Assembly (NCBI RefSeq): GCF_964194155.1
Contig: NC_135881.1
Location: 17,608,001 to 17,672,000 of the forward strand
Origin: Cetorhinus maximus
Lineage: Eukaryota
Length of the DNA stretch: 64,000 nt
Direction of reading: 5' to 3'
Part shown: positions 12,270 to 25,716 of the stretch, piece by piece
Position numbering within the stretch: the first letter of the stretch is position 1
Layout of the letters: each line of letters starts with the position of its first letter
The notes under the pieces: generated by a model
Told to the model about the DNA's origin: nothing
Databases searched by the model: none
The model's input: the letters and a program-made list of their open reading frames with translations, nothing else
Position numbers and translations under genes: made by a program

Positions 12270-15200
12270 CTGCATCCTTAAGGACAGAGCAGCTGAAAAC
12301 CGTAGCTCGGGAAGTACAGTTAAAATTACACAGTAAAGTGAAGAGAAGTGGACTGATCCAGTTGCTGGTAGGGCATTTGGATCTCACATATCTGACAGAG
12401 TAGGTAGATGAAGAGCCCAACCCTGACTCTGAATAACCTCCCCTAGCCAAATATGAGCTGGAAAAGCTCAGAATGCAGCTAGAATTTCAGGAGAGAGAAA
12501 GGGAAGCTCAGGAAAGAGAGAGAAAGAGAGAGAGAGAGCACAACACAATAGGAGAGAGAAAGAGAATTCCAGCACCAAAAATGGAGCTAGCATCTCAAAG
12601 GGAGAGAGAGAAACACCAGGCAGCTGAAAGCTGTGAGGGAAAACCTCTCTCTACCCAGTAGCACACCCTATCTCCTTACCCCAGAATCACTCCCTGAGTT
12701 CCTCAAGCACACTGGACTCATTCCCAAATTTGAAGGTAGGGATGTGGAGTCATTTTTTGCCACTTTTGAGGAAAATAGCAGGACAGCTAAAATGGTGATC
12801 AGATACCTGGACATCATTACTTCAAGGGCAGCTGTGAGGGAGAGCCCAGGAGGTCTACTCCAGGCTGCCTCCTGATGTGTCCATGAATTATGAACAGACC
12901 AAGGCTGCCATCCTAAGTGCCTATGATTTAGCCTTGGAGGCAGATCGCCAGCAATTCCAGAAAGCTCGTAAGAAGCCCACGCAGACCTATTGGAACAACA
13001 GAAACAAACTGCATTTGACCAATGGGAAAAATCCAGCGCAACTACGAGGGATTGCATGAGTTGATATTGTTAGAGGAATTTAAAAACTGCTTACCCCCAG
13101 CCTGAAGACGCACTTGGAGCAGTAGAGAATCCTCACAGCCTGGGATGTAGCTGTCACAGCCGACAGCTACGATCTCACCCATAGGCCTGGAAACTCAGGC
13201 AGACTCTTCCCAAATCATTCCCATGACCACTGGAAAGACAAGCAAGGTGACCTCGATCGGAGAGACCCCCCCATCCAGAAAAGAAAGCACAACTGAGGGT
13301 GCGAAAAGCCCAGAATGTGAGCAAGACCATTGTACTGCTCCGGGACACAGGGGCCACTCAGTCCTTAATGTTGCAGGAAAACATAAACCTACCCCGAGTC
13401 CTCCCTGAAGGCCAAAGTCCCGATCAGTGGAATGGGAGGAGGATCTGTGTTTGCACCCCCTCCGTAGGGTATACCTAAAGTGTGACCTCATTTCAGGCCC
13501 TGGCACAACAGGAACTGTCCACGAACTACCAGCAGCAGGAATCAATTTCCTCCTCAGAAATGATTTGGCTGGCAGCAAGGTGTTAGCCGGCGGGAAAGAA
13601 GAGTCAACATCAGCCAGCAGGAATCTGCAGAAGTGCAGAGGGCTGGGGAATGTTCTGAAGCCCAGAAGGGTGAAATAGAACCCATAACCATTGAGCGAGA
13701 TCTGCTTGAAGTTAACAAGGCCAAAGCCAGGCCAGTCGCTTTAAAGGAGATCCAGAAAGGGCCAATAGAACTTAAAGCAGACCCACAGAATATCCCAGAA
13801 TTACACAGGGACCAGAGAAGTCCCAGATAGTCAAAGAGTCTGAAGGAAAGCAAGCTATTAAAACAGGAAAGAAAAAAGGCTAAGGGATTGCTTGAATAAT
13901 GGCTGGCAGAAGCCTTCTTTCCAAATTTAAAAAAGGACCAGGGGAGCCCCCAAACCGACGAGCAATTTGGGAGTGAGATGCCTCACCCAGTTGAAAAGCT
14001 ACAAGGGAGTATAGCCCCAGCTAGCCCTCCACTTGAGGGCAGAAGTGTCCGGGGACATGGAACAAGTTAGGAGAGCACCCACTCCCAAGCTAAAGACACC
14101 GGCTAATGAGCCAGTAATTGGTTTAGCTGACAGCTTTATGGCAAATTTAAATGGGGATCGGGAAAGTTCCCAAATCAACCTGGAAAGCGCGAGGGTGATG
14201 CCACAGTGTGATGCAGCGAGAGCTGACCATCCACCAGAGGGCAGTGGTGTTCCAAACGACGTGGAACAGCCTTGAAGAAAACTCATTCCCAAAGCAAAAG
14301 AGAAAACATGGAACATGATTGCAGGGAGACACGGCTGAAGCTCACTTCAACTGACCAGCTGAAAAATTCCAAAACGACGGTAAAAATAAAATACTGCGGA
14401 TGCTGAAAATCTGAAATAAAAACAGAAATTGCTGGAAAAGCTCAGCAGGTCTGTGGAGAGAGAAACAGAGTTAACGTCTCGAGTCCGTATGACCCTTCTT
14501 CAGAGCTAAAGAGAAGTAGGAATGTGACAAGATTGAACCCCATGCTCACCCACCTTAATGCAGAACCACGAGGTAACCTGGCAGAGCTGCCCACTGCATT
14601 TAAAATGACCTGTAATAACCCGCCAGGTTACATCACCTGGTATGGATGAGGGGAGAGACCCCTTCCATAGTCTTCCTATCATCTGGGCCCAGAAAGGCTG
14701 GCCCAGGTTTGGGAGAACATTTCCTGCCTGATGCAGTGCCAACCCATAGCCCCTAGCAACAGTAACTGGAACCTCCGAGCTGTGCTCACGCCCAAGCTAG
14801 ACGCTGAACCGGGATCCCCGAAAGAGGCCAAAATCCCATTGAAAAACCCCAATCGCCTCACAATCAGCTTAACCACAGTGCCTGGGTTTGAACAACTGAA
14901 CCCACAAGTCACCAAGGTGGACAGGCAAGAGCTAAACTGGACAGGGGGCAGCTCAGTCCTACAACCAAAAGGCCTTGCATTCACTGAGTGAGAAACCCAG
15001 AATTCCCCAAAGGATAGCCCAGAGCAGCTTGACCACGATTAACCCTCTGAATGCTAAGCACCCTGTAAAACCCCCGGACCCTTTAGAAGATACATAATCG
15101 GGATTTAGACAGACACAGAGTTCTGAAAACAATGGCTTTGCTTATGCCTGATCCCCAAGAGGGAAGAATTCAGAGCTCTAACCCCTGAATAGACTTCCCA

Positions 15201-15460
15201 ATAAAGATCGATTCTGAATGCCCCAGGTCAACCTAAACACTATCCGCATCACAGGAGAGGACAGTGTCCTTGCTGAAGGCCTAGACCACATCTAAACTTC
15301 AGCAGGGAACTGTCATTGCCCCTGTTAGCTGTGTATGTGACCTTCCGGTGTGAATGAGACAATGAATGCCGACCTCTTTCCTTCCTGCTTTTCTCTCACA
15401 TGATCACATAATAATAAAAAATGAACTAGAATTCATCTTTTTTCTCCGAGGGTGGGAGAA
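12270..15460 (+). mobile_element. Gmr1-like (SCAN-domain) Ty3/Gypsy internal region, decayed and lacking RT/IN
   Basis: Gag 'IPKFEGRDVESFFATFE'; SCAN-like 'YEQTKAAILSAYDL..EADRQQFQKARK' and 'LILLEEFKNCL'; protease end 'LPAAGINFLLRNDLAGSKV'; RNase H C-terminus 'NTIRITGEDSVLAEGLDHI*' near 15230-15295; PPT at 15448-15460. Confidence 0.8.
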
Positions 15461-15461
15461 C

Positions 15462-18400
15462 TGTGACGGAACAACTCATGGCTATATCTTAATTTTAAAC
15501 TGAAACTTTCGGCTGACAAAGACTCAATTTTGTTAACCAGCCTTTTGTCATCTGTTTTCTTAAAATCCATATAGGCAACATCCAGTGCATTCCCTTCATC
15601 AACCTTCTCTGATACTTCATCAAAAAATTCAATTAGTCAAACACAATCTGCCTTTTACAAATCTGTGCTGACTCTCCTTAGTTAACTCGAACTTCTCTGA
15701 GTCCCTGTTGATATTTTCCCTAATTATTGTTTCTAAAACCTTACCCAGCACTAATTTTAAACTGACTGGCTTGTAGTTACCACAAATGTCCTTACACCCT
15801 TTCCTGAATAAGGATGTCATGTTTGCCACTCTCCTATCCTCTGGCACCTCTCCTGTATCTAGGGAAGATTGAAAAATCATGGCAAGCCCTTCCGATATCT
15901 CCACTCCCACTTCCTATGCAAGCCATCTGGGTCAAATGACTTATACAAACATACAAATTAGGACTAGGAGTAGGCCACTCGGCCCCTCGAGCCTGCTCCG
16001 CCATTCAATGGGATCATGGCTGATCTAATTTTAACCTCAACTTCACATTCCTGCCTAGTCCCCCCGAAAACCTTTCACCCCTTTGCTTATCAAGAGTCCA
16101 CCTACTTCTGCCTTAAATATATTCAAAGACTCTGCCTCAACCAGCTTTTGAGGAAGAGAATTCCAAAGTCTCACAACCCTCTGAGAATAAAGATTTTCCT
16201 CATCTCTTTCCTAAATGGGTGGCCCCTTATTTTGAAACAGTGACCCCAATTTCTAGATTCTCCCACAAGAGGAAACACCCTCTCCACATCCACCTTGTCA
16301 AGACCCCTCAGGATCTTATATGTTTCAATCATGTCGCCTCTCACTCTTCTAAACTCCAGCGGATACAAGCCTAACCTGTCCAGCCTTTCCTCATAAGACA
16401 ACCCACCCATTCCAGGTATTAATCTAGCAAACCTTCTCTGAACTGCTTCCAACAGATTTACATCTTTCCTTAAATAAGGAGACCAATACTGTACACACTA
16501 CTCCAGATGTGGTCTCACCAATGCCCTGTATAACTGAATTATAACCTCCCTACTCTTGTATTCAATTCCCTTATCCACTCTAAACACAGCCAATGTTTCC
16601 AAAGTACACCTTTCCTATCCATTTTCCCTCCATCCATTAACCTCTCTCATCTCTACTTCTACCAATATTTTGTCAGCATCTTTTTCCTTAGTAAACACTA
16701 ATACAAAGTATTCTAGCCTTGACCAGTGCCTCTCAGTACATATCACCCTCTTTATCCCTAATAGACCCCATCCCACTTCTTACTACCCACATGCTATTTA
16801 CACACCGGTAGAAGATTTTTGGGTTACTTTTTATGTTAACTGCTATTCTGTTCTCATATTCTCTCTTTGTCAGTTTTATTTTCCTCTTCACTTCTCCTCT
16901 CAACTTATTGCATTTGGCCCGGTCCTTGTTTGAAGTATTCATCCAGCATGCATCAAATACCCTCAGTTCCCCCACAAACAGTCAGCCCACTTGGCCCACC
17001 TCATTCCCCAACACCAGGACCAGCAATGCCTCATTCCTAGTTGGGCCGAGAATATATTGACCAAGGAAGTTCTCCAGAACATATTTCAGAAATTCCTCCC
17101 CTCCTTACCCTTTACCCTAACAATGTCCCAATCGATATTTGTGTAATTAAAGTCCCCCAATATCACCACTCTACAGTTCTTCCATAACTCTGTGATCTTT
17201 CTACAGATTTGCTCCTCTGCCTCTCTTCTCGTGTTAGCTTGACTTAGTTGGTGGCACACATCGTGAGCTAGAAGGCCATAGGTCCAAGCCCCAGTATAGG
17301 CCCTGAGCAAGCAAGCTAGACTGAAAGTTCAGTGCAGAGCTGAGTACTATCTTTCAACTAAGACTTTAGCACAAGGTCCTATCTGCCTGTTTTGGTAGTT
17401 CAAACAGATGTTAAAGATCCTACAGTATTATTCAAGGATTACTCCTGGTATCCTCATTCTTTCCTCATTTCTGTTTGAAGCCTTTTCAAATAGCAGCTGT
17501 TTTTGCTTCCATAACTTCACTGCGCTTTAGATTAATTAATCGTAATTAAAGTGATTTGATATGTGCCTGAAAAATATGACAAGGTGCTATATGAAATATG
17601 TACTCAGAGGTGAACCATTGAGTACAGTACAGGTCCCTGTGGATCACTTGTAAAGCCTACAGGAGGTTAGACTAGAAGTTCCCTAATGTTGTGCAGTTCT
17701 AAAAGGAATGAAAGACTTAGCACAAGTTTTTACATGTTCCAGAAGGCAATTGGGAACAGATGTGGATGAACATAGGGCTTTCGACCATCTGGAGTCACAG
17801 AAAAAGGCTGAATGGTTATCATATAGCTAGACTACAATTGTCATAACAAGCCTATTCTCCCCAGTGTATTCTTCATACCCATTAATAATTGAATATATTC
17901 TGAAACTAATTTAACCCTCTATGTTGAGTGAGCTGAGTTTGCTGTGATGTAAGATCCAAGGTGGGGAAAGCTCAGTTGATGGAGGGAATGGCTAATGTAA
18001 TCCACACAAATTCCCAAGGCTATGGAAAGTATTCGGAAGTAATTTATGTGGCGAATGCATCTGACAACACTTCAAAATATCTAAAGGCAGTTTGAATAGC
18101 AGGTAACATGAAAGTCAGAGTCTTTTTTCATGCCAAGTTTGGTAATGAGAGTCCAGAACACTGGGGGTAAAAAAGACCTGGAAGAAAAAAAATTCATTTA
18201 AAAAGTGCATTAATTACTTCACATACAATTAGCTATTTTAAAGTGCAGTAACCATTGCAGACAAATTAACCCAGAATAGTCCACCATAGAATGGGCATTA
18301 GTACTATGCTTTGGGGAATTCAATAGTACCTTCTTGTGAATTAACTTTCAGGAATAAATACCCTTCCCAGTTTTGGCCATCTGTTGCTGCCTAAAAGCCC

Positions 18401-19603
18401 AGAATTGGTAAAAGAAGCAATGAAAGTGACGTGTCAATAAGACATGAAAGAAATCAAACACTATGTACATCAAACATTTTTTGGCCTATTTTAAAATAGA
18501 CTTTTGCTGAGCCAAAGATGGCTGCTACATGTCACATGACTCAAGGTTGGCCATCTGTTCTGGGAATCTCCAATAGCAGTTACAAGGACAAAAGAGCCCA
18601 CTCTCATCCTTGTGGAATCTCACACCTCATTGTAAGAACACATTATAATCATGAAACCAGGGGATTCGCAGACATCGGAACTCATGACTCCTGCAGAACT
18701 TCTAACAGCCTCATCTCACACCTGGGCCTGTCAAGGTCATTTCAAAAAGAGAAATGGACGTCATTTACATTTTTGTAAGCTTACCCCTCTAGTTATAGGG
18801 TCTATCAAGACAATGGCTACCCGAAACGGGGTCGTCAAATGGGATGGTGACTTTTTCAGAGGCTAATGACTGGGACATTATAAGGCATAAAACAAAAGCT
18901 AGTCCAGACACCAGATAAAGATCCTTTCATGAAAGGAGGTCACATGACTCAAGTGACCATTTTGAAATCTCTTTATACAGTTGAGAACTCAGCAGCAGGC
19001 CAGTCTGTTGATTTATCTCCAACCTGAAAAAACAAACAACAGCAGGGCTCTCAGCTGACCAAGCAGCCAGCAACAAATCCCACCTCCTCGAAGCCTGTTC
19101 ATCTGGAAGCCACTGGCCACTGCCTGCCAAGCAGAAGTCATCTCTGAATCGCCTTACACTTTTAAGTAATTTTGTGCTGCTGTCCTCAGCTGGGAAACCA
19201 CCAGAATTCGAACCACTCCATGAACCCTTCTCCCCTTCTGGATTTTGACTTTCTGGACTCTGGAAATCACCTGTACTAATATTAATTTCTGTAGTTCTTT
19301 TACTATTGTTATCCATAGCTCCCTCTTTTCTATCGCCCTTACTGTATATAGATGTGCGCATGTGTGAGGCTGCGAACATTCCCCCATGCCCTCCCGGGGT
19401 TTAAATGTATGAATAAACTAACCCTCTGAGTTAATCATAAAGAGAGTTTGCTACAAGTTACTTATAAAATTGGACCACACAAACTGAGGGTTTGGGGAAA
19501 CATGCCACAGTCTAGTTTTAAAACAATTAAAAACACCTCTGCTCACGGACAGACAATGAGAGGATAAAGAAGTTTAGTTTGCCTCTTTCTCCTGTCCGTA
19601 ACA
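15462..19603 (+). mobile_element. Putative 3' LTR of the Gmr1-like element, split by nested insertions
   Basis: Starts TGTGACGGA just after the PPT and ends TCCGTAACA (near-perfect inverted termini); AATAAA near 19412; CR1 and SINE inserted between ~15530 and ~17600. Confidence 0.5.
15530..17225 (-). mobile_element. Nested CR1 LINE ORF2 fragments
   Basis: 'IFQSSLDTGEVPEDRRVAN..LFRKG', 'EAVQRRFARLIPGMGGLSYEERLDRLGL', EN 'VILGDFNYTNIDW'. Confidence 0.9.
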
Positions 19604-20320
19604 AAAGTGTTGCTACCTTTCCCAACAACATGCACTTGTGAAATATAACTATTTGCTATGACAGCAATGAAGACAAAGTACAGGACCTGTCTGTAAGTGG
19701 AAAACGATTTACAAATGTTATTGTCAAACATCACACGAAGGATAGACAGACTCTGCAGTGAGAAGCAGGCACACCCATCTCACTGATATCTATGTGTAAA
19801 TAGCTGTTTTAAGCGAATTATGAAAACACACTTTAAATGCAACACTTTCTTATTATAGGTGTTACATAATATTATAATTTAGATAAGGGCACCGTGATCA
19901 CCAATCCATTTGAAAAGTGGTCTTTCAGTCAAAAAGGTTTGAGAACCTAATATTCATGTGGCTGAATGTCAAATTTTATTTGATAATGCTCTTGTGAAGC
20001 TTTTCTGTTCTAAAGATGCTACAGAAATGCAGGTCGTTTCAATTGCAACAATGAAAAAGCAGACAAAAGAAAATATGAACACTTTACAATACTTTTTTCC
20101 AAAGTGCAAAGACAGAGAAAAGCTGTAAATGTGCTTGTCAAGGTGAAGGATGTCAGTGCAGGGGAATCACCCAGTTTAACCTTTGGGTCAACAGGGGAAC
20201 TCTGCACTAACAATGGGGGTAGCATTCCTCTGTGTTGCCTGTAATAAAATTATAAACCTGTTATTTATAATTGAGTTCATAACTTTGTACCTAGGGAAAA
20301 TCAACTTCAGAGATATGTCC

Positions 20321-21085
20321 AAAACAAAAACAGAATTACCTGGAAAAACTCAGCAGGTCTGGCAGCATCGGTGGAGAAGAAATCAGTCAACGTTTCGAGT
20401 CTTCATGACCCTTCGGCAGAACTGAAGCATAGTTAGGAGAAAGATGAAATATAAGCTGGTTTAAAGTGGGGGGGCGGGGGGAGAGAGAGAAGTTGAGGGT
20501 GTGGTGATTGTGGAGATAAGCAAGCAGTGATAGGAGCAGATAATCAAAAGATGTTACAGACAAAAGGATCAAAGAGGTGTTGAAGGTGGTGATATTGTCT
20601 AAGAAAGGTGCTAATTAAGAATGGAAGACAGGACACTCAAGGTACAGCTCTAGTGGGGGTGGGGTGGAAAGACTGACAGGGCATTACAGGTATAGATTTA
20701 AAAATAATAGAAATAGGTGGGAAAAGAAAAATCTATATAAATTATTGGAAAAAACAAAAGGGAGGGGGAAGAAACGGAAAGGGGGTGGGGATGGGGGAGG
20801 GAGTTTAAGATCTAAAGTTGTTGAATTCAATATTCAGCCCGGAAGGCTGTAAAGTGCCTAGTCGGAAGATGAGGTGCTGTTCCTCCAGTTTGCGTTGGGC
20901 TTCACTGGAACTATGCAGCAAGCCAAGGACAGACATGTGGGCAAGAGAACAGGGTGGAGTGTTAAAATGGCAAGCGACAGGGAGGTTTGGGTCATTCTTG
21001 CGGACAGACCGCAGGTGTTCTGCAAAGCGGTCGCCCAGTTTGCGTTTGGTCTCTCCAATGTAGAGGAGACCACATTGGGAGCAAC
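20321..21085 (-). mobile_element. Penelope-like element 3' end with GIY-YIG endonuclease and pseudo-LTR
   Basis: ORF 20805..21185 'CSQCGLLYIGETKRKLGDRFAEHLRSV...PVACHFN...RKLEEQHLIFRLGTLQPSGLN' is the PLE GIY-YIG signature. Confidence 0.92.
20384..20424 (-). ncRNA. Minimal hammerhead-ribozyme motif in the PLE terminus (core variant CUGCCGA)
   Basis: CAGUU-CUGCCGA-A-GGGUC-AUGAA-GACUC-GAAACGUU-GACUG; stems I and II pair. Confidence 0.6.
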
Positions 21086-22499
21086 TCATCCAATTCATCC
21101 GTTGTCCTTCCAATGCATTTTCAGCCACCTGACTGAAAGTGTCAAACCAGGGCTCAGTTGGCCACACCCTTACCTCAAGAGTCATAATATCATAGGTTCA
21201 ACACACACTCTAGATATTTGAACCCATTTTCCAGACATCCACTGCATTGCTGCACATAGGGAGTACTGCACTTAGGAAGTGCTGCATTGTTGGTAGGGTT
21301 CTATCTTTTGGGTGAGACATTTAAACTGAGGTCATGAAGGACAATATGTACAGGCAAGTCTTTCTATTTTCATACAACTTGAAAGGTCTCTGACATGATG
21401 GAGATGCTGTCAGCTTCATTAGCTGGATCCAGATGTGCCAGAATGACAGCTTCATGCTATGGTCATCTGTCAATCAGTTACGTGCCTCAATGTGCCTGTA
21501 TTGTTAATGTAAATTGGCATCAGGATCCAGAAAGCTTAACACGTACTGGCTATCTGTTCCTTTGAATCAGATTCAGACAATCTGATGGATAAACTTCATC
21601 TGACACCCCCCCGCCCCCCCCACCGCCAACAATGAATGTTAAGCTTATGTCATGTGCCTCACTCTTCTGTAGTTCATTGAGAGGAAGCTGATTGGAAAAC
21701 AGAGCACCAAGATACAAAGAAGTACAGCTGTGGAGGTTGCTTTGACATGTTATCCTGAAATCTGGGACTTAACTTTAAAGTACGTTAACATTTGTATTTT
21801 AAATCCATTGCTTCATTGTGAAAGTAGTTTGCATGTCTGAACTTTTGACCTTTCCTGCTCCCATTTGGGTCAGCTCTTGTAAAGGTGCTCTCTCTCTCTC
21901 TCTCTCTCTCTGGCAGCTGTTTAGTTCACACATGAAACGTAAGCCTATCTTTCCCCTTTACAGGTTGATTCAGCGCCTGTGTATGACCTGCATTTTGCCT
22001 GTGTGTGCACACGTGTGTATTTTTCCTCACATCACTTGTCCTGTATCTGGTTTGTATTGTTCCTGAACAGGAATCATTTCCCATCAGTGAAGGCTCATCT
22101 TCTAGAGGGTGAATCGACGGGTGACATGAGCGACATGATCAGCAATCCCGTGTCTAAAACAGGGCAGCCGACTCCACTGGTAAATTGTCAGGAATCAATT
22201 TCACAAAATCCCAACAAATTTAAGAGAGTTGCATTGAAGGAACACGTCAAAAATCTAAAAATATGTCAGCGATTATCAGATCAAACTGCGACAGAAATGT
22301 AACAATTTCCGCAAGTTCCAATTTCTCCCCTCCCTGCGATGGAAGAAATTGCATTCAACTGATGTACAGTCTGATTCCAATGGAAACTAAAATATTGCTG
22401 ACACTATTGTGGTGGTGCCACAGCACTGCTCATAAGCAAAAATCCATTCCCCATTTTAAAAAAGATTTGTCCTGAAACATCACCAGTACACTTTGCATT

Positions 22500-23400
22500 T
22501 CTTTGACAATTTTTGTGCAAGGAGCTATCCTCCGCCTCCTCCTATTTCCCATCTAAATACTGCCCCTTGACAATATCATTTGAAGGCACAGCATTAGTTT
22601 TCACAGGTATGCTTAACACATATCGGCTATCTGTCAACAGCCGGCTCTACCTCACCACCACCTCTTTTGACTCCTCCGCTGTTCCTAAATTATCAGACTG
22701 CTTATCCGACATCCAGTTTCATCCAATTAAATAGTGGGAAGACCGAAACCATTGCTTTCAGTCTTTGCTCTAAACTCTCTCCCTCTAGCTATCGACTCTA
22801 TCCCTCTCCCTGGCAACAGCCTGAGATTAAGCCAGTCTGTTTGCAATCTTGAGGTCATATTTGACCCCAAGATGAGCTTCCAACCTCATATTTGTGCCAT
22901 CACTAAGACCGTCCATTTTCACCTTCATAACCTCGCCCGGCTTCACCCGTGTCTCAACTCATCAGCTGCCAAAACCTTCATTCTTCCCTTCGTTACCTCT
23001 AGACTCGATTATTCCAACGCACTCCTGGCGGGACTACCACATTCTGCCCTCCGTAAACTGGAGGTCATCCAAAACACTGCTGGGTCCACCAAGTCCCATT
23101 CCCCTATCACCCCTGTGCTCGCTGACCTACATTGGCTCCCAGTCATGCAACCTTTTCATTTTAAAGTTCTCATCCTTGTTTTCAAATCCCTCCAAGACCT
23201 CACCCCTCCCTATCTCTGTAATCTCCTCCAGAAACACAACCCTCCCTGATATCTGCACTCCTCTAAGTCTGGCCTCGTGCATCCCTAATTTTTAAATGCT
23301 CCACCATTGGTGGTCATGCACAGTTGCCTAGGTCCCTCACTCCAGAATATGCTCTCTGCAACCCTCCGGTCCGCCTCGCTTTCCTTCTTTAAGGCACTCT
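22500..23400 (+). mobile_element. L2 LINE RT C-terminus
   Basis: ORF 22734..23249 'FVTSRLDYSNALLAGLP...KLEVIQN...PITPVLADLHWLPV'. Confidence 0.9.
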
Positions 23401-23429
23401 CTGACTTACGCGAGGGGACTAAGACCTCG

Positions 23430-24025
23430 TACGTACATACGAACGTATGATAGTTAGGAGCGGAGTAGACCACTCAGCCCTTTAAGCCTTCCCCGCCATT
23501 CAATAAGATCATGGCTGATTTGACAGTCACCTCCCACTACCCTGGACATCCTTTCACCACCCCCCGACTTATTTATCAAGAATCTATCTACCTCTGCCTT
23601 GAAAACATTCAAAGACACTGCTTCCACTGCCTTTTGAGGAAGGGAGTTCCAAAGATTTACTACCCACAGAAGAAAAAATTCTTGTCATCTGTGTCTTAAA
23701 TTGGCGACCCCTTACTTTTAAACCATGACCCCTAGTTCTAAGTTCTCCCACAAGAGGAAACATCGTCTCCACATCCACCCTGTCAAGACCCCTTGGGATC
23801 TTTTATGTTTCAATCGAGTCGCCTCTAATTCTTCTAAACTCCAGCGGATACAAACCTAGCCTATCCAATCTTTCCTCATAAGACAACCCCCGCCCATTCC
23901 AGGTATTAGTCTGATAAACCTTCTCTGAACTGCTTCTACTGCATTTACATCCTTCCTTAAATAAAGAGATCAAATCTGTACACAGTACTCCAGATGTTGT
24001 CACACCAGCGTCCTGTACAATTGAC
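23430..24025 (-). mobile_element. CR1 LINE 3' fragment
   Basis: 'LSYEERLDRLGLYPLEFRRIRGD', 'FPLVGELRTRGH'. Confidence 0.9.
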
Positions 24026-25716
24026 CCAATGGCCAGGATTTTCCATGCCCGCTTGTGTCAGGCGTGTTCAGTGGCATGAGGGGGCAATGTGGCGAAAAGG
24101 TCAAAAATCAGTTTCACAACGTTGTGAAACTTGATTGTGATCACCTATTCCGCCTGCCAACGGTGAGCCGCATTTCCCGCCATCAGACATCGGAAACCTC
24201 ACTGTATTACGTCAGCATTTCATTCTCAGGCCAGCCTGCCGGAATCGTTTCCCCTTACTGGATCGTCTGCCTGCCGACATGTTTCACAACAGCGTATAAA
24301 AGACATACACTTGGCAGGCTGCACTTTGAGGGGAACTCGGAGGTGAGTACACAGTAATGTTGTGCAGCGCTTGCCCGGGTCACCTGTTGGACTTCAAGGT
24401 TGAGGCGCATTGGGAATGGGCGGGGTGGGAGGCGAGGCAAAAACTGCCCTGTGGTTGAAGGTAGTGCACAAGCACGTGCGGGGCGGGGGAGGGGACAAGG
24501 GAAGTGACCACACATTAGGGACACCTTGTATAAAGTGACCATTACTCTGCGGCTGAGACAGTTCAGACGCAGCCACTTGATATGACTGGAGTTGGGTCTC
24601 TAGCTTATCTGTCCACTCAAGCAACACAGAGGCAAAGTGCCACCAAGTGCTCCAGAGTCTTTGACCCCTCAGGCACAGATTGCAAAGTTAAGAGCATTTT
24701 AATGGACTGCAGAACAGTTGGACGACGGGTCATGTTGCACAGTTTCCTTGCTAAAGCTGGCCATGGAGCAGTCACTAGTGGAAGCGCTCACAGCCCCTTG
24801 CAATGTCATCACCCTGGTTTGGACCAGTCTTCCCCATGGTTCAAGCTAACAGTACAGCCTTACAGTACAGGTTAGGAGAATGCCTGCGCCTGAGCTGAGA
24901 GCACAGCATGCAGTCCAATGGGCACAGCTGCAGTCAATCGGTCAAGTGGATTGTGGCAGAGGTGGATGGGGTATCGGGCAGACATGCAGCACACTAATCT
25001 CTGGCCATCCACGTGGTGACCAGCACTCTCCAGGATGCATTAAGGGGCCTTAAGACTTAACCAAGACAGGTTCTTAGTACAAAGATAAAGGCAAAATATT
25101 GCAGATGCTGGAAATCTGAAACAAAAACAAAAAATGCTGGAAAACCTCAGCAGGTCTGACAGCATCTGTGGAGAGAAAAACAGAGTTAATGTTTTGAGTC
25201 CATATGATACTCACTGTGTACTCACCTCCGGTTCTTAATACACCCATTCTAACCCACATGTCTCTCTCTTTCATCCTGCAGGAGTGCATCAGGATCATGG
25301 AGCCTGGTGAACTAGCTGTATGCCTCGTGGCTTACAGAGAGCGAAGATGACAGAGAAGAGAGCGACTAAGGTGCCTGGCTGCACAGAGGGAGGAGCAGCA
25401 CCCTCTGGGAGAAGCGGCAGCTGGGGTTCCCACACAGGCTGCCAAAAAGCCACAGCGAGCCATCGCTGGTTGGCACCAAGCTAGACCCAGGGTCTATAAA
25501 CACTGCCTTTCATTCCTGCAGATGACCGAGAACCAGTGTCGCCGGAGACTGCGCACGTCTAAGGAACTGGTCTGTCACATCTTCCAGCTACTGCAGGATT
25601 TGACGCCACAGAGACATGGAGGGCATCCAGCGTCAGTGGCCGTGAAAGTGACAATGACGCTTAATTTCTACGTCAGTGGCTCCTTTCAGGGCTCCACATG
25701 TGACCTCTGTGGGATT

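Noticed and set aside
12633-13100. Host SCAN zinc-finger gene
   Set aside because: Stops and frameshifts, no C2H2 array, flanked by protease, RNase H, PPT and LTR remnants
18927-19379. 150-aa ORF
   Set aside because: Antisense within an LTR-like body; no domain or splice evidence
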